DNA from: Terriglobia bacterium | Lineage (GTDB): Bacteria > Acidobacteriota > UBA6911 | DNA length: 64,000 nucleotides | Direction of reading: 5' to 3' | Assembly (NCBI GenBank): GCA_963824985.1 | Contig: CAWGRQ010000042.1 | Location: 9,764-73,763 of the forward strand | Shown: positions 47,999 through 57,279 of the stretch, piece by piece | Layout: each line of letters begins with the position of its first letter | Position numbering within the stretch: position 1 is the first letter of the stretch | Notes under the pieces: generated by a model | Databases searched by the model: none | What the model saw: the letters and a program-made list of their open reading frames with translations, nothing else | Told to the model about the DNA's origin: nothing | Made by a program: the position numbers and the translations under genes

Positions 47999-49057
47999 AT
48001 GACAAAGCCGTTGAGTTCCATCCTCATCAAGCCAGCGGGGCCGGACTGCAACATGGACTGCACTTACTGTTTCTATCGCAAGAAGGCTGATCTATTCCCG
48101 GACGATCCGACTCATCGGATGACGGATGAGATCCTGGAAGAGACGGTGAAACAGGCCATGGAGCAGGCCGGTGCCTCCATCTCCTTCGGCTGGCAGGGAG
48201 GCGAGCCCACCCTTATGGGACTGGAGTTCTTCCGGAAGGCCGTTTCGTATCAGCAGCGCTACGGCCGCGGCCAGACGGTCGGGAACGGGCTTCAAACCAA
48301 CGGAATCCTTCTTGACCGGGAATGGGCCGCCTTTCTCCGTGAATACAACTTCCTGGTCGGCCTATCGCTGGACGGACCGGAGCATGTCCATGACCGCTAC
48401 CGTCTCGATTGCGGGGACAAGGGCACTTGGGCGCACGTCGTCAACCGGGCTGCACTGCTCCTCGATGCCGGCGTGGCCGTCAACGCCCTCGTCGTCGTCA
48501 ACGACCATGCCGTGCGCTTTCCGGATGAGATCTACAACTACCACAAAGAAATCGGCCTGACCCATCTGCAGTTCATTCCGTGCCTGGAGCCCGATCCCCG
48601 GCTGCCGGATGCGCGGGCTTCCTTCTCAACCCCCGTTCAGGAGTACGGGCGGTTTCTGGCCAGGGTGTTCGATCTGTGGCTGGCGGATTTCCGGGGCGGG
48701 AAACCGGCCACCTACATCCGTTTTTTCGATTCCGTGTTCTACTCCTATGTCGGACTCACTCCGCCGGACTGCACCCTGCTCCCCGAGTGCGGGGTCTACG
48801 TCGTGGTCGAACATAACGGAGACGTGTATTCATGCGATTTTTTCGTCGAGCCGCAATGGAGATTGGGGAACGTCCTTGAAGGCAGGCTCGCCGGCATGCT
48901 GAACTCGGAACGGCAGGATTCATTCGGCAGGCTCAAGTCCTCGCTGGCCGCGGACTGCCTGCAGTGTCGCTGGTTGTCTTACTGCCGGGGGGGCTGTCCG
49001 AAAGACCGCAGGTTCAATGCCAGGGATCCGAAACTCGATCATTTCTGCACATCCTAA
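47999..49057 (+). CDS. Anaerobic sulfatase-maturating enzyme-like radical SAM/SPASM protein; in-frame TAA at 49055 precedes a 60-codon tail ending at 49240
   Basis: CNMDCTYC (CxxxCxxC), GGEPTL, and SPASM cysteines (CDFF..., CLQCRWLSYCRGGCPKDR). The same frame continues after the TAA as [12 protein letters not shown]...[18 protein letters not shown]. Confidence 0.8.
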   Translation: MTKPLSSILIKPAGPDCNMDCTYCFYRKKADLFPDDPTHRMTDEILEETVKQAMEQAGASISFGWQGGEPTLMGLEFFRKAVSYQQRYGRGQTVGNGLQTNGILLDREWAAFLREYNFLVGLSLDGPEHVHDRYRLDCGDKGTWAHVVNRAALLLDAGVAVNALVVVNDHAVRFPDEIYNYHKEIGLTHLQFIPCLEPDPRLPDARASFSTPVQEYGRFLARVFDLWLADFRGGKPATYIRFFDSVFYSYVGLTPPDCTLLPECGVYVVVEHNGDVYSCDFFVEPQWRLGNVLEGRLAGMLNSERQDSFGRLKSSLAADCLQCRWLSYCRGGCPKDRRFNARDPKLDHFCTS

Positions 49058-49509
49058 AGGATCTTTTTCGCGCACGCGCACGAACGGCTGCAGGATTCTG
49101 GCCGAGGAGTGGAAGCAGGCGCAGATAAGGACCGCCGGGCTGCCTCGGAGGTTTTACAGCCGATTCCTCGCAGAAGGCCCGGCCGGAATGATTCCTGCCC
49201 GTGTGGGAGCGGCCTGAAATACAAGAAGTGCTGCGGCTGAGCGGGATGACTGAGCGCACCATAGTATCATTACGGGAAATAGGCGCAGGTTGTCCGGCAG
49301 CCGTAGAATAGCGGTCAGGAGACAGGGAGCGTAGTGGTGATTTCAGGATCGGTATCGCATCCGGTATCGGCCCTTATTCAGCAGCGCTGCGGTCGAATCC
49401 TGACTGCGATCCCGATGCCGCTTCCTGATTGCAGCCCCGATTCCGATCGTTGGGCAATCGGCGTCGTCAGTCCGCGATCGATCTGCCACCATGGAAGGGA
49501 GGATGTGAC

Positions 49510-49611
49510 ATGCGAACAATACCATCGCGGCGTGATTTTCTCGTGACCGCCTCCGCAAGATCATCACCGTGGAACGGTAGCCCTGGACGCAGACATCTGC
49601 ATGAACTCTGA
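49510..49611 (+). pseudogene. 5' stub encoding only a twin-arginine signal peptide
   Basis: GGGAGG RBS, MRTIPSRRDFLVTASA..., stop after 33 codons. Confidence 0.45.
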
Positions 49612-49682
49612 ATCCGGCAACCACCGCACAGCGCGGGACGGATGGACCGGCGAGATGGTTCCCAGATCAACGCCTGCGCAGC

Positions 49683-49902
49683 TTATTTCGACCTGCCTGG
49701 AGCAAAGTGATAGCAGTAAAACGCACCCAGGGCCAGGAGCAACCCGCCCCACCAGATCGCGGGGCGCAGACTGGCCATGACAACCGGTTGCTCGGGCGGC
49801 ACAAAAATCTCATACAGGCCGGTGCCAAAAAGAAATCCCATAGATGAACAGCAGGATTCCGATGAAAAACCAGATGGATATGAAATGTGACCGATCACTC
49901 AT
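49683..49902 (-). CDS. Small two-TM membrane protein downstream of the SSS transporter (frame change near 49830, or two short ORFs)
   Basis: ATG 9 nt after the transporter stop gives MSDRSHFISIWFFIGILLFIYGI. The hydrophobic continuation FLFGTGLYEIF...IWWGGLLLALGAFYCY is in the ORF-track frame 49683-49898. Confidence 0.45.
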
Positions 49903-49910
49903 GGCGAACC

Positions 49911-51635
49911 CTACCAGAAGATGATTTGCAGCAGTACGAACACGCCGGCTATCACAGTCGCCCAGAAAATGGGACGCTTGTAAAGAGGCAGGTGCGCGGA
50001 TGACGGCATTTTCGTCAGGCCGTAGACCAGGCCTTCCATTTCTTTGTCAGGCTTCGGCTTGGTCAGGAGGCTGACCACCACGGTCACGATCACGCAGACG
50101 ATCCACGACCATAGGGCGCGATACATGTTCTCGGCCATGTCTTTGGCGTTGGCGGAGAGGGCGATGTATTTGAGCGCAGTGGGATCAATCTTCACCCACG
50201 CCCACATTCCGATCGAGGAAGCAGTTCCAGCCAGCAGTCCCCAGAATCCGCCCTTCGGCGTCGCGCGCTTCCAGAGCATGCCCAGCAGGACCGTGCCGAA
50301 CAGCGGGGCGATGAAGAAGCTGAAGAGCGCCTGGACGTAATCCATAATGCTCTTAAACTGCATGACCATGTAGGCGGTACCGATGCTGACGAGCACACCC
50401 AGGATCGTGCACCAGCGTCCGACCTTCACGAAGTGCTCGTCGGTCTTTATTTTTTTGAGCATTGGCCTGTAAATATCGTAGGTCCAGACAGTCGCGAACG
50501 CGCTCACGTTGCCCGCCATTCCGGACATAAATCCGGCGATCAGCGCAGTAATACCCAGTCCGAGGAGTCCCGGACCGCAGTAACGTGCGAGCATGATCGG
50601 CAGGACCTCATTGTAGCTGTGCCCGCCCGTGGCCACCGCCTCGGCTTCAGGAAGCAGTTTCATCGGCAGCACAGCCAGGCCGAGGAGCCCGGGCAGAATC
50701 ACGATGAAGGGAACCATCATTTTGAAGGCGGAGCCGATAATCGGTGCCAACTGAGCGGAGCGCATGTCTTTCGCCGACAGCACGCGCTGCACGACCAGGA
50801 AGTCGGTGGTCCAGTAACCAAAAGAAATCACCCAGCCCAAACCCAGGACAATCCCGGTCCAATGGATTCCCATGGGATTGTCGGTGAAGGAGCCCATCGT
50901 GCTCCAGAGGTGGGTGTAGTCCGTACGGGCGAGATTTTGGGAGATGCGCTTGACCATCCCATCCCAACCGCCGGCTTCGATCAGGCCGATAATGGGAATC
51001 AACAGCGCCCCGGCCCAAATCAGGATAAACTGCAGCACCTCGTTCAGGATGGCAGACAGCAGACCGCCGAGGCACACATAAATAGCCACGGTCAGCGAAG
51101 AAACCCAGATGCTGAAGTTGATATCCCAGCCGAGCACCACCTTCATAACGAGCGCCATGGAATACATGTTGATGCCGCTCATCAAGACGGTCATGAACCC
51201 GAAAGAGACCGCGGACAAAGCTCGCGAGGATTCGCCGAAACGCAGCTTCAGGTATCCCGGCACCGAATGGGTCTTCGAAATGTAATAGAAAGGCATCATG
51301 ACGATGCCCAGGAAGAGCATGGCGGGGATGGCGCCAATCCAATACCAGTGCGTGGCCAGGATGCCGTACTGATAGGCAGCTGCCGCCCAACCCATCAGTT
51401 CCAGCGAACCCAGGTTCGCCGATAGGAAACTGAGCCCGGCGATCCATGCCGTCATCTCGCGGCCGGCCATGAAGAAATCTTCCCCCGTGCGAGTGAATTT
51501 CTTCAGGTAAAACCCGATACCGAGCACAAAAACGAAGTACAAGACGATGATGATCAAGTCGATGGTGCTGAGGGACAAGAGCCGCGTTGGCACAGCGGCT
51601 AACAACAGCGGGTGTTGGAAACAGTAGCTTAACAT
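49911..51635 (-). CDS. Sodium:solute symporter (SGLT-like SSS family)
   Basis: 574 aa. FFMAGREMTAWIAGLSFLSANLGSLELMGWAAAAYQYG and further SSS blocks. Confidence 0.8.
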   Translation of the reverse strand: MLSYCFQHPLLLAAVPTRLLSLSTIDLIIIVLYFVFVLGIGFYLKKFTRTGEDFFMAGREMTAWIAGLSFLSANLGSLELMGWAAAAYQYGILATHWYWIGAIPAMLFLGIVMMPFYYISKTHSVPGYLKLRFGESSRALSAVSFGFMTVLMSGINMYSMALVMKVVLGWDINFSIWVSSLTVAIYVCLGGLLSAILNEVLQFILIWAGALLIPIIGLIEAGGWDGMVKRISQNLARTDYTHLWSTMGSFTDNPMGIHWTGIVLGLGWVISFGYWTTDFLVVQRVLSAKDMRSAQLAPIIGSAFKMMVPFIVILPGLLGLAVLPMKLLPEAEAVATGGHSYNEVLPIMLARYCGPGLLGLGITALIAGFMSGMAGNVSAFATVWTYDIYRPMLKKIKTDEHFVKVGRWCTILGVLVSIGTAYMVMQFKSIMDYVQALFSFFIAPLFGTVLLGMLWKRATPKGGFWGLLAGTASSIGMWAWVKIDPTALKYIALSANAKDMAENMYRALWSWIVCVIVTVVVSLLTKPKPDKEMEGLVYGLTKMPSSAHLPLYKRPIFWATVIAGVFVLLQIIFW

Positions 51636-51736
51636 GCGCCTCCTAGGTAAAGCGGGTGTCAGCAGATGTACCCGTGCATTTTACACATATCCGGCGCAAG
51701 CAAGGAGCAAAAATGATGGATAATCGCGACAGTAAT

Positions 51737-52010
51737 TGTTTAGCCAAATCAATGGATGAAGAAGCAAAACGCAAAGACGCAAAGGCGCAAGGACGCAAAG
51801 ACCGACGCCGAGCAACAGGCGTGGGCGCAGCGCTTCGCGCTGGCGCATCCTTGGGCGAGCCGCGGGAGAAAGCGCGGGCAGCGGCCACTCAGGAGGATTG
51901 CGCTTTCTCGCGCGGCTCGCCCAAGGATGCGGCCGTAGGCCGCCCACGCCCGCGAACCGGAAGGAATCTCTTTGCGTCTTTGCGTTCTGCTGTTCAGAAT
52001 CGGCTAAACA
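51737..52010. repeat. 274-bp imperfect palindrome
   Basis: Inner arms 51845-51875 / 51900-51930 (30/31 complementary) around a 24-nt loop. Outer perfect blocks 51768-51784 / 51970-51986 and 51737-51745 / 52002-52010. Confidence 0.85.
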
Positions 52011-52546
52011 GTTGCTCGCGACAAGCTGCCGTTTTGGAGTTCAGATCTCCCGGCAGACGTACACTCCAGGTTTCGATATCGGGAATTATGTCAAACTGGC
52101 AGAAGCACATGCCGTCCGGCAGCAGGTTGGCGGCGACGCTCATCACTCCGGCAAAACCCTTGATGAACATGTCCATGTCGCCGGTCTGCTCAAAACCGTC
52201 CAGCAAAGCCATGCCGTTCAGTGATTCGGAATACCACGTCGACCACCAGTTGCGCCGGTCGTTGCCATACCGAAACCACAGCGGCTCATTGCCGCCGCGG
52301 AGCGCCTTAATGACCCGCATGGTCTTGGCATTCTTCTCGGTCTCGCCAAAGTATTTGGTAAAAAAGTAGACTTGTTCGTGGGCGGTCTGATCGATCGTCA
52401 GCTCCGAGCTGTAGGGGTATGGATCGCGCACCATGACCTTGAGGCATTCCTCCATCCTGGTCCGGAGGTGGGAGGATCAGGCATCTTTCATAGGCACGTT
52501 GCACTGCGGCTATGGCAATGTCAGCCGCTTCGATACTGCGGGACAA
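51994..52546 (-). pseudogene. Fragment of an uncharacterised protein (two frames, truncated at both ends)
   Basis: Protein-like stretch DPYPYSSELTIDQTAHEQVYFFTKYFGETEKNAKTMRVIKALRGGNEPLWFRYGN...; the upstream part is in another frame. The 3' end runs into the palindrome and the 5' end abuts the RND gene. Confidence 0.4.
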
Positions 52547-52574
52547 GAGGGAAAGCTTCAGGATGGGAATTCGG

Positions 52575-54690
52575 TCAGTGGCAGGGGAGCAGGGCTTTCG
52601 AGGCCGGGCGCTTCCGTGACACGAGATAGTAGAGCACCGGCATGGCCACCAGGGCGAGCACGAGCGTCGACAGCAGGCCCCCCACGATTACCGTTGCCAT
52701 GGGGCGCTGAATATCGGAACCGATCCCGGTCGCCGTTGCGGCCGGGATCATGCCGAGGAGAGCGACCAGAATAAGCAGGAAGTTGGGGGCCAGCCGGGCT
52801 CGTGCGGCCCGAAGAGTGGCGTCCTTCACGGGTATTTCCGATTGAGCGCGGAGCCGGTTGACCTCAGCAATGAAGAGAACCCCGGTCATGATGGCGACAC
52901 CGAAGACCGATATGAAGCCGACGCCGGCTGACACGCTCAGAGGGATGTCGCGCGCCAGGAGCGCCAGGATTCCGCCTACCAAAGAAAAGGGCACGTTTAA
53001 GAGCACCAGGAATGCATCGAGGGCGGATTCGAATGCGAAAAACAGCAGTCCGAACATCAACACAATGGTAAGCGGGATGATGATCGCGAAGCGGTGACGC
53101 GCGCGCGCCAGGTTTTCGAACTGCCCGCCCCACTGGATATGATAACCCGCCGGCAGCTGCACCTCATCCGCCAGGCTCCGTTGGGCTTCTGCCACAAAGC
53201 TCCCCTGATCACGTCCGCGAATATTAGTGCGCACGCTGATCTGTCGCCGATTCTCGCGCCGGGTAATGATGCTTGCCCCGTCCGTCACAGAAATCGCCGC
53301 GAGCTGCGCCAGGGGCAACCGCCCGCCTTCCGGCGTCATGACCAGGAGGTTGCGGATTGACGAGAGATCGCTGCGCGCTTCGGGGACATAGCGCACGGTG
53401 ATTTCAAACCGGCGGTCGCCTTCGAACATCGTGGAGACGGCCTGTCCGCCGATCGCCAGTTCGATCACCTGTTGCACATCGGCGATATTCAAACCATAAC
53501 GGGCTACCGCCTGGCGATCGATTTCGATCCGCAGTTGCGCCTGATCGGCATCCTGTTCAATAGAGCTGTCGGCTGCGCCGCGGATGTTCTGCACGAGGTT
53601 GAGGGTCTTGGCCGCGAGGGCGCGCAGCACGGACAACTCCGGACCGGTGAAAATTACGGCCAGATCGGCCGAAGAGCCGGTTACAGCTTCCGTTACCATG
53701 TCGATGATCGGCTGGGTAAAATTCAGCTTGATCCCGGGCAGATCTTTCCGGAGCCGGGCCTCCATTTCATTGACAAGCATGGGTTTCGTCCGGCCTCGCT
53801 CCCAGGTCCGGTACGGGGTGAGCGCGACCAGTAACTCGGTGCGGTTCGGACCGAACGGTTCCGTATTCGAGTCCTGGCGCCCGGTTTGCGAGCTGACAAG
53901 ATCCACTTCAGGCGTCAGCCGGATGAACTCCCGGATGCGGGTGGCAACTCGCGCCGATTCCTCGATCGCGGTTCCTGGAGGCAGAGTGGCCTTGATCCAG
54001 ATCATGCCCTCGTCCAATTGGGGCAGGAATTCGGTGCCGAGGCCTCGTCCGGCCATGAAGGCGCCGATGGTCAGAGCGACAGTGACTGCGGCGACCGCGT
54101 AAGGCCTGCGCAATAGCCGGCGCAAGAGGCGATCATAAGGGAGTATGCTCCAGGCAATCAGCCGGTTGGGCCGGGAGCGAAAGCCCTTGCCAAAAAAGAG
54201 AGTGGCGAGCGACGGGACCAGACTGGTCGTCAGCAGCAGTGAACCAAGCAGGGCATAACAGATCGTATATGCCATGGGAGTGAACAGGCGCCTTTCGACG
54301 CTTTCCAGGCCGAACAGGGGAATGTAGGCCGAGATGATGATCATAAGGGATACAACCACCGGCAGCTCCATGTCACAGGCGGCGGCTTTGACTGTGTCGA
54401 CTGGGTTTTCGACCTGCCCATTCGTCTGCCGGTCCGAAAGCGATCGGAGGATGTTGACCACCATCACCAGCGTCCCGTCCACGATGATGCCGAAGTCAAG
54501 TGCCCCCAGGCTGAATAAATTGGCGGGAATGCCCGAAACGTACATGCAGAGAAAGGCGAAGAGCAGGGAAAGCGGAATGGTCAAGGCCGTCAGGAGTGCC
54601 GCGCGCGCGGAGCCAAGAAACAGGAGTAAAACCCCTATGACAATGACCAGCCCCTCGAAGCGCGCGTCTTCGACCGGCCCTCCGAAGCTT
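52575..54690 (-). pseudogene. RND efflux pump, CusA/CzcA (heavy-metal efflux) type, lacking about 340 N-terminal codons
   Basis: The frame opens at a TAG near 54690 with ...FEGLVIVIGVLLLFLGSARAALLTALTIPLSLLFAF, and the protein is colinear with CusA/CzcA from there to the C-terminus. No start region, membrane-fusion gene or outer-membrane-factor gene is adjacent. Confidence 0.75.
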
Positions 54691-54948
54691 TTGGGCTAGT
54701 AATTCGCCGATCCGCCGCCGTTGCCGTCGAGGCGCATCGAGCCGTCCCTGTGATATGTTGCCACCGGACATCGGGGATTATTCACCGGTAGACTCTCGTA
54801 GTTGACCCCCAGGCGATACCGGTGCGCGTCCCATAGGAGACGATGCGGATGTCTGGAAAGTTTGAGGAGTCACAAATTCGAGCGATTCCATGGAAACTCG
54901 GGGGCACGGATCTGCCGTGCCCCCGGGAGGGAAAAGGGGAAACGGGCC

Positions 54949-55335
54949 CTAGAAGAGCCAGTTAAGGCGCAGGATAAAGCCCAGATTTTTCCCCGTCATA
55001 TCCACGAGATAGGGCTGTTTGTCCTGGTAGTTTTGATAGGTCATGGCATATTCCATGATGAATTGCTGGCGCAGCATTTGGCGCACACCCGCCTCGGGGT
55101 ACCACCAGCGCACCCGGAGCCGAGAATAGTTCTCCAGGTCTGATAAGGCCACGTAGTCGAATCCGGGAGGAGTTCCGCGTACTTTTGTTGGATCCAGTGT
55201 TAGACCGGAAAGAGCCGCCGAGGCTTCCGTGCAGGTCGTCTGGCTATAGGCAGTGATTTTATCCGTAAACCGGAGATTCAAGGCCGCCCAGGCGGTGCGT
55301 TCGAGGTTGTTGTTCTCGTAGATTAGACACGCGTG
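54949..55335 (-). pseudogene. C-terminal fragment (about 125 aa) of an outer-membrane beta-barrel protein
   Basis: Alternating beta-strand pattern ending ...GFILRLNWLF with a terminal Phe. The frame is closed by a TAG at 55336. Confidence 0.45.
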
Positions 55336-55382
55336 CTATCATCGAGCTGAAAGCTCCTTGGCATGAATCTGGTGAGATCAAG

Positions 55383-55847
55383 ATGAAATATACATTCCTA
55401 AGAGTGCTTTCATTGATTGGATGCCTGGTGATTGCGGTTCCGCCCGTTCAAGGAAGAGATCAAACCATTGACGAGACTGCCCGGCGGATCGAAGGCAAGC
55501 TGATGGCTCCCTGCTGTTGGGCTGAGCCTGTTTCGCAGCATCTTTCCCCAGTGGCAGAGGAAATGAGACGGGAGATCCGCAAGATGCTGGGCGAGGGCAG
55601 GTCGGAGCAGGAAATTCTCGACACCTATGTGGCCAGATATGGAGTGCGGATCCTGACCAGCCCGCCTGCCCGCGGTTTCAACCTCGTCCTTTACATCCTG
55701 CCATGGTTGTTTGGAATTACCGCCATTCTGGGGCTTTCACTGATCATCAGGCGCTGGCTGGGGTCGAGGCCGGCTGCAGCAACATCCCCTCCCTTCAATG
55801 CGCGTGATGAAGAGAGGATCGAGCAGGAACTGCGCGATTTGGAGTAG
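55383..55847 (+). CDS. ccmH: Cytochrome c-type biogenesis protein CcmH/NrfF-like
   Basis: Signal peptide, LMAPCCWAEPVSQHLSPVAEEMRREIRKMLGEGRSEQEILDTYVARYGVRILTSPP, then a C-terminal TM helix: the overall CcmH layout. Confidence 0.65.
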   Translation: MKYTFLRVLSLIGCLVIAVPPVQGRDQTIDETARRIEGKLMAPCCWAEPVSQHLSPVAEEMRREIRKMLGEGRSEQEILDTYVARYGVRILTSPPARGFNLVLYILPWLFGITAILGLSLIIRRWLGSRPAAATSPPFNARDEERIEQELRDLE

Positions 55848-56047
55848 CAGGCAGACCCCCGAAGGGTTTCGGTTTTCCATCAGCCGGCAGGCAATTGTTG
55901 CGGATGCTCGCGGCTCATGACATTCGGGTTCGCAAACTGGTGCCTGCGCGCGTTCGGAGGCGGCCGGGTGTTCGTATGGATAGAATTGGCGTGGAAGTCG
56001 CCTGACGCTGATTTCAGCCCGGGTTCCACCAGACCGAGGAGGAGAGC

Positions 56048-56494
56048 ATGGGTGAGAGGATACGCATCGGAATCATCATATGTCACAGGTATCACACCTG
56101 CGCGGGGGGCAAATGCTTCCGTGCCCTGCGCAATCGCGAAGGAGCATTTGAAGTGTATCGTGATCAGGAGATCGAACTCGTCGGGTATACGACTTGCGCG
56201 GGCTGTCCGGGCGGCAACATCGAATATGCGCCCGAAGAAATGCAAAAGAACGGCGCAGAGGTCGTGCACCTGGCTACAGGGCTGGTGGTCGGGTACCCAC
56301 CCTGTCCCTACATCAGTTTCTTCAAGGAGTTCATTGAGTCGCGGTACGGATTGAAGACGGTAATCGGCACACACCCGATTCCGGAGAAATACTACCGCAT
56401 CCATTCCGATCTTGGGACCTGGGCGGATCCTGTATGGAATGAAATCCTGAAGCCAACGCTAACGGACGAGAAAACCCGCCTCGACTATAATTAG
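56048..56494 (+). CDS. CGGC domain protein
   Basis: IICHRYHTCAGGKCF...GYTTCAGCPGGNI...VHLATGLVVGYPPCPY, a Cys pattern typical of the CGGC domain. GAGGAGGAG RBS. Confidence 0.75.
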   Translation: MGERIRIGIIICHRYHTCAGGKCFRALRNREGAFEVYRDQEIELVGYTTCAGCPGGNIEYAPEEMQKNGAEVVHLATGLVVGYPPCPYISFFKEFIESRYGLKTVIGTHPIPEKYYRIHSDLGTWADPVWNEILKPTLTDEKTRLDYN

Positions 56495-56687
56495 AGGATG
56501 GGTCGATCACCGCCACCTGTTTCATGACGCGGATCTGGGGCCCGGCCAAGCCTACACCCTCGTGAAAATACATGGTCTCAAACAGGTCTGCCACGAGCTG
56601 GTGCAGGCCGGAATTGTCGAACTCCGTGACCCGATCGCAGGGTGTCTCCAGGCAACGGTCCGGACAGAGAATGACGTCGCGAATCAT
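56495..56687 (-). pseudogene. def: 5' stub (about 64 codons) of peptide deformylase
   Basis: MIRDVILCPDRCLETPCDRVTEFDNSGLHQLVADLFETMYFHEGVGLAGPQIRVMKQVAVIDPS. The GxGLAAPQ motif is present; the EGCLS and HExxH motifs are absent. Homology ends where the convergent CGGC gene stops. Confidence 0.7.
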
Positions 56688-56776
56688 CAGTGCTGCCTCA
56701 CGGCGAGTTGACTGTCCACCCGGTCTTCAACAACAGTCCCGGTCACACGAGCACATCCTTGCGGCTGATCAGCCAT
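56687..56776 (-). CDS. 29-codon ORF translationally coupled (TGATG) to the def stub
   Basis: AAAGGAG RBS 5 nt before the ATG; MADQPQGCARVTGTVVEDRVDSQLAVRQH. May itself be a 5' remnant. Confidence 0.25.
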   Translation of the reverse strand: MADQPQGCARVTGTVVEDRVDSQLAVRQH

Positions 56777-56885
56777 CGTGACTCCTTTCTATATTCGGGG
56801 CACCGTCCGTGCCCGTTTTATCGCCGCGGCGGCATCGCATGCGGGGCGCCCGCCTCCGCCGAAGCCGTGTCCAGACAGGTGGCGG

Positions 56886-57254
56886 TCATTCCGCCGCGGT
56901 TTCGGCCTCGATTTTGGCAAGGCGCTTTTTGACGGAGTCGAGTTCCGATTGAAGGGCCTCGGCTTCGTTCTCGAGCGCCTGTTTCTCCAGGTTGGGATCG
57001 GGCTTCTGATAAGGCGCGGCATACCGGCCGAAACGCATCCACCCCGGCTTCCCGGTTGCGTGGAACATGTGTCGCCCTCCACGGCCACCCCCACCACGGC
57101 CGCCAAATCCCCGGTCCCGTCCGGAACCCATCCCGAATCCTCTGTCCGGAGCGGGATTCGCATACCCGGGCATCTCAAAACCCGCGCAGTATCCGGCTGC
57201 GCGACCGCTTCTGGGAAACATTCCCCTCGGACCTGTTCTGTCTCCTGCTGGCAT
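56886..57254 (-). CDS. DUF5320 family protein
   Basis: MPAGDRTGPRGMFPRSGRAAGYCAG... Gly/Arg-rich middle and a C-terminal coiled coil (EKQALENEAEALQSELDSVKKRLAKIE), which matches the DUF5320 layout. Confidence 0.75.
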   Translation of the reverse strand: MPAGDRTGPRGMFPRSGRAAGYCAGFEMPGYANPAPDRGFGMGSGRDRGFGGRGGGGRGGRHMFHATGKPGWMRFGRYAAPYQKPDPNLEKQALENEAEALQSELDSVKKRLAKIEAETAAE

Positions 57255-57279
57255 AGTGATAGCCTCCTTTCGGTTTTTA

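Noticed and set aside
49055-49057. Alternative genetic code or programmed readthrough, to explain the in-frame TAA in anSME and the in-frame TAG in the kinase stub
   Set aside because: Well-supported genes in the window terminate at TAA, TAG and TGA at positions that match the expected protein ends, and the kinase stub is truncated anyway. Simple nonsense mutation or a base error is more parsimonious.
51643-52369. ORFs 51643-51888 (-), 51681-51947 (-) and 51656-52369 (+) with KRKDAKAQGRKD-like sequence
   Set aside because: They are translations of the two arms of the 274-bp palindrome; the same sequence reads open on both strands.
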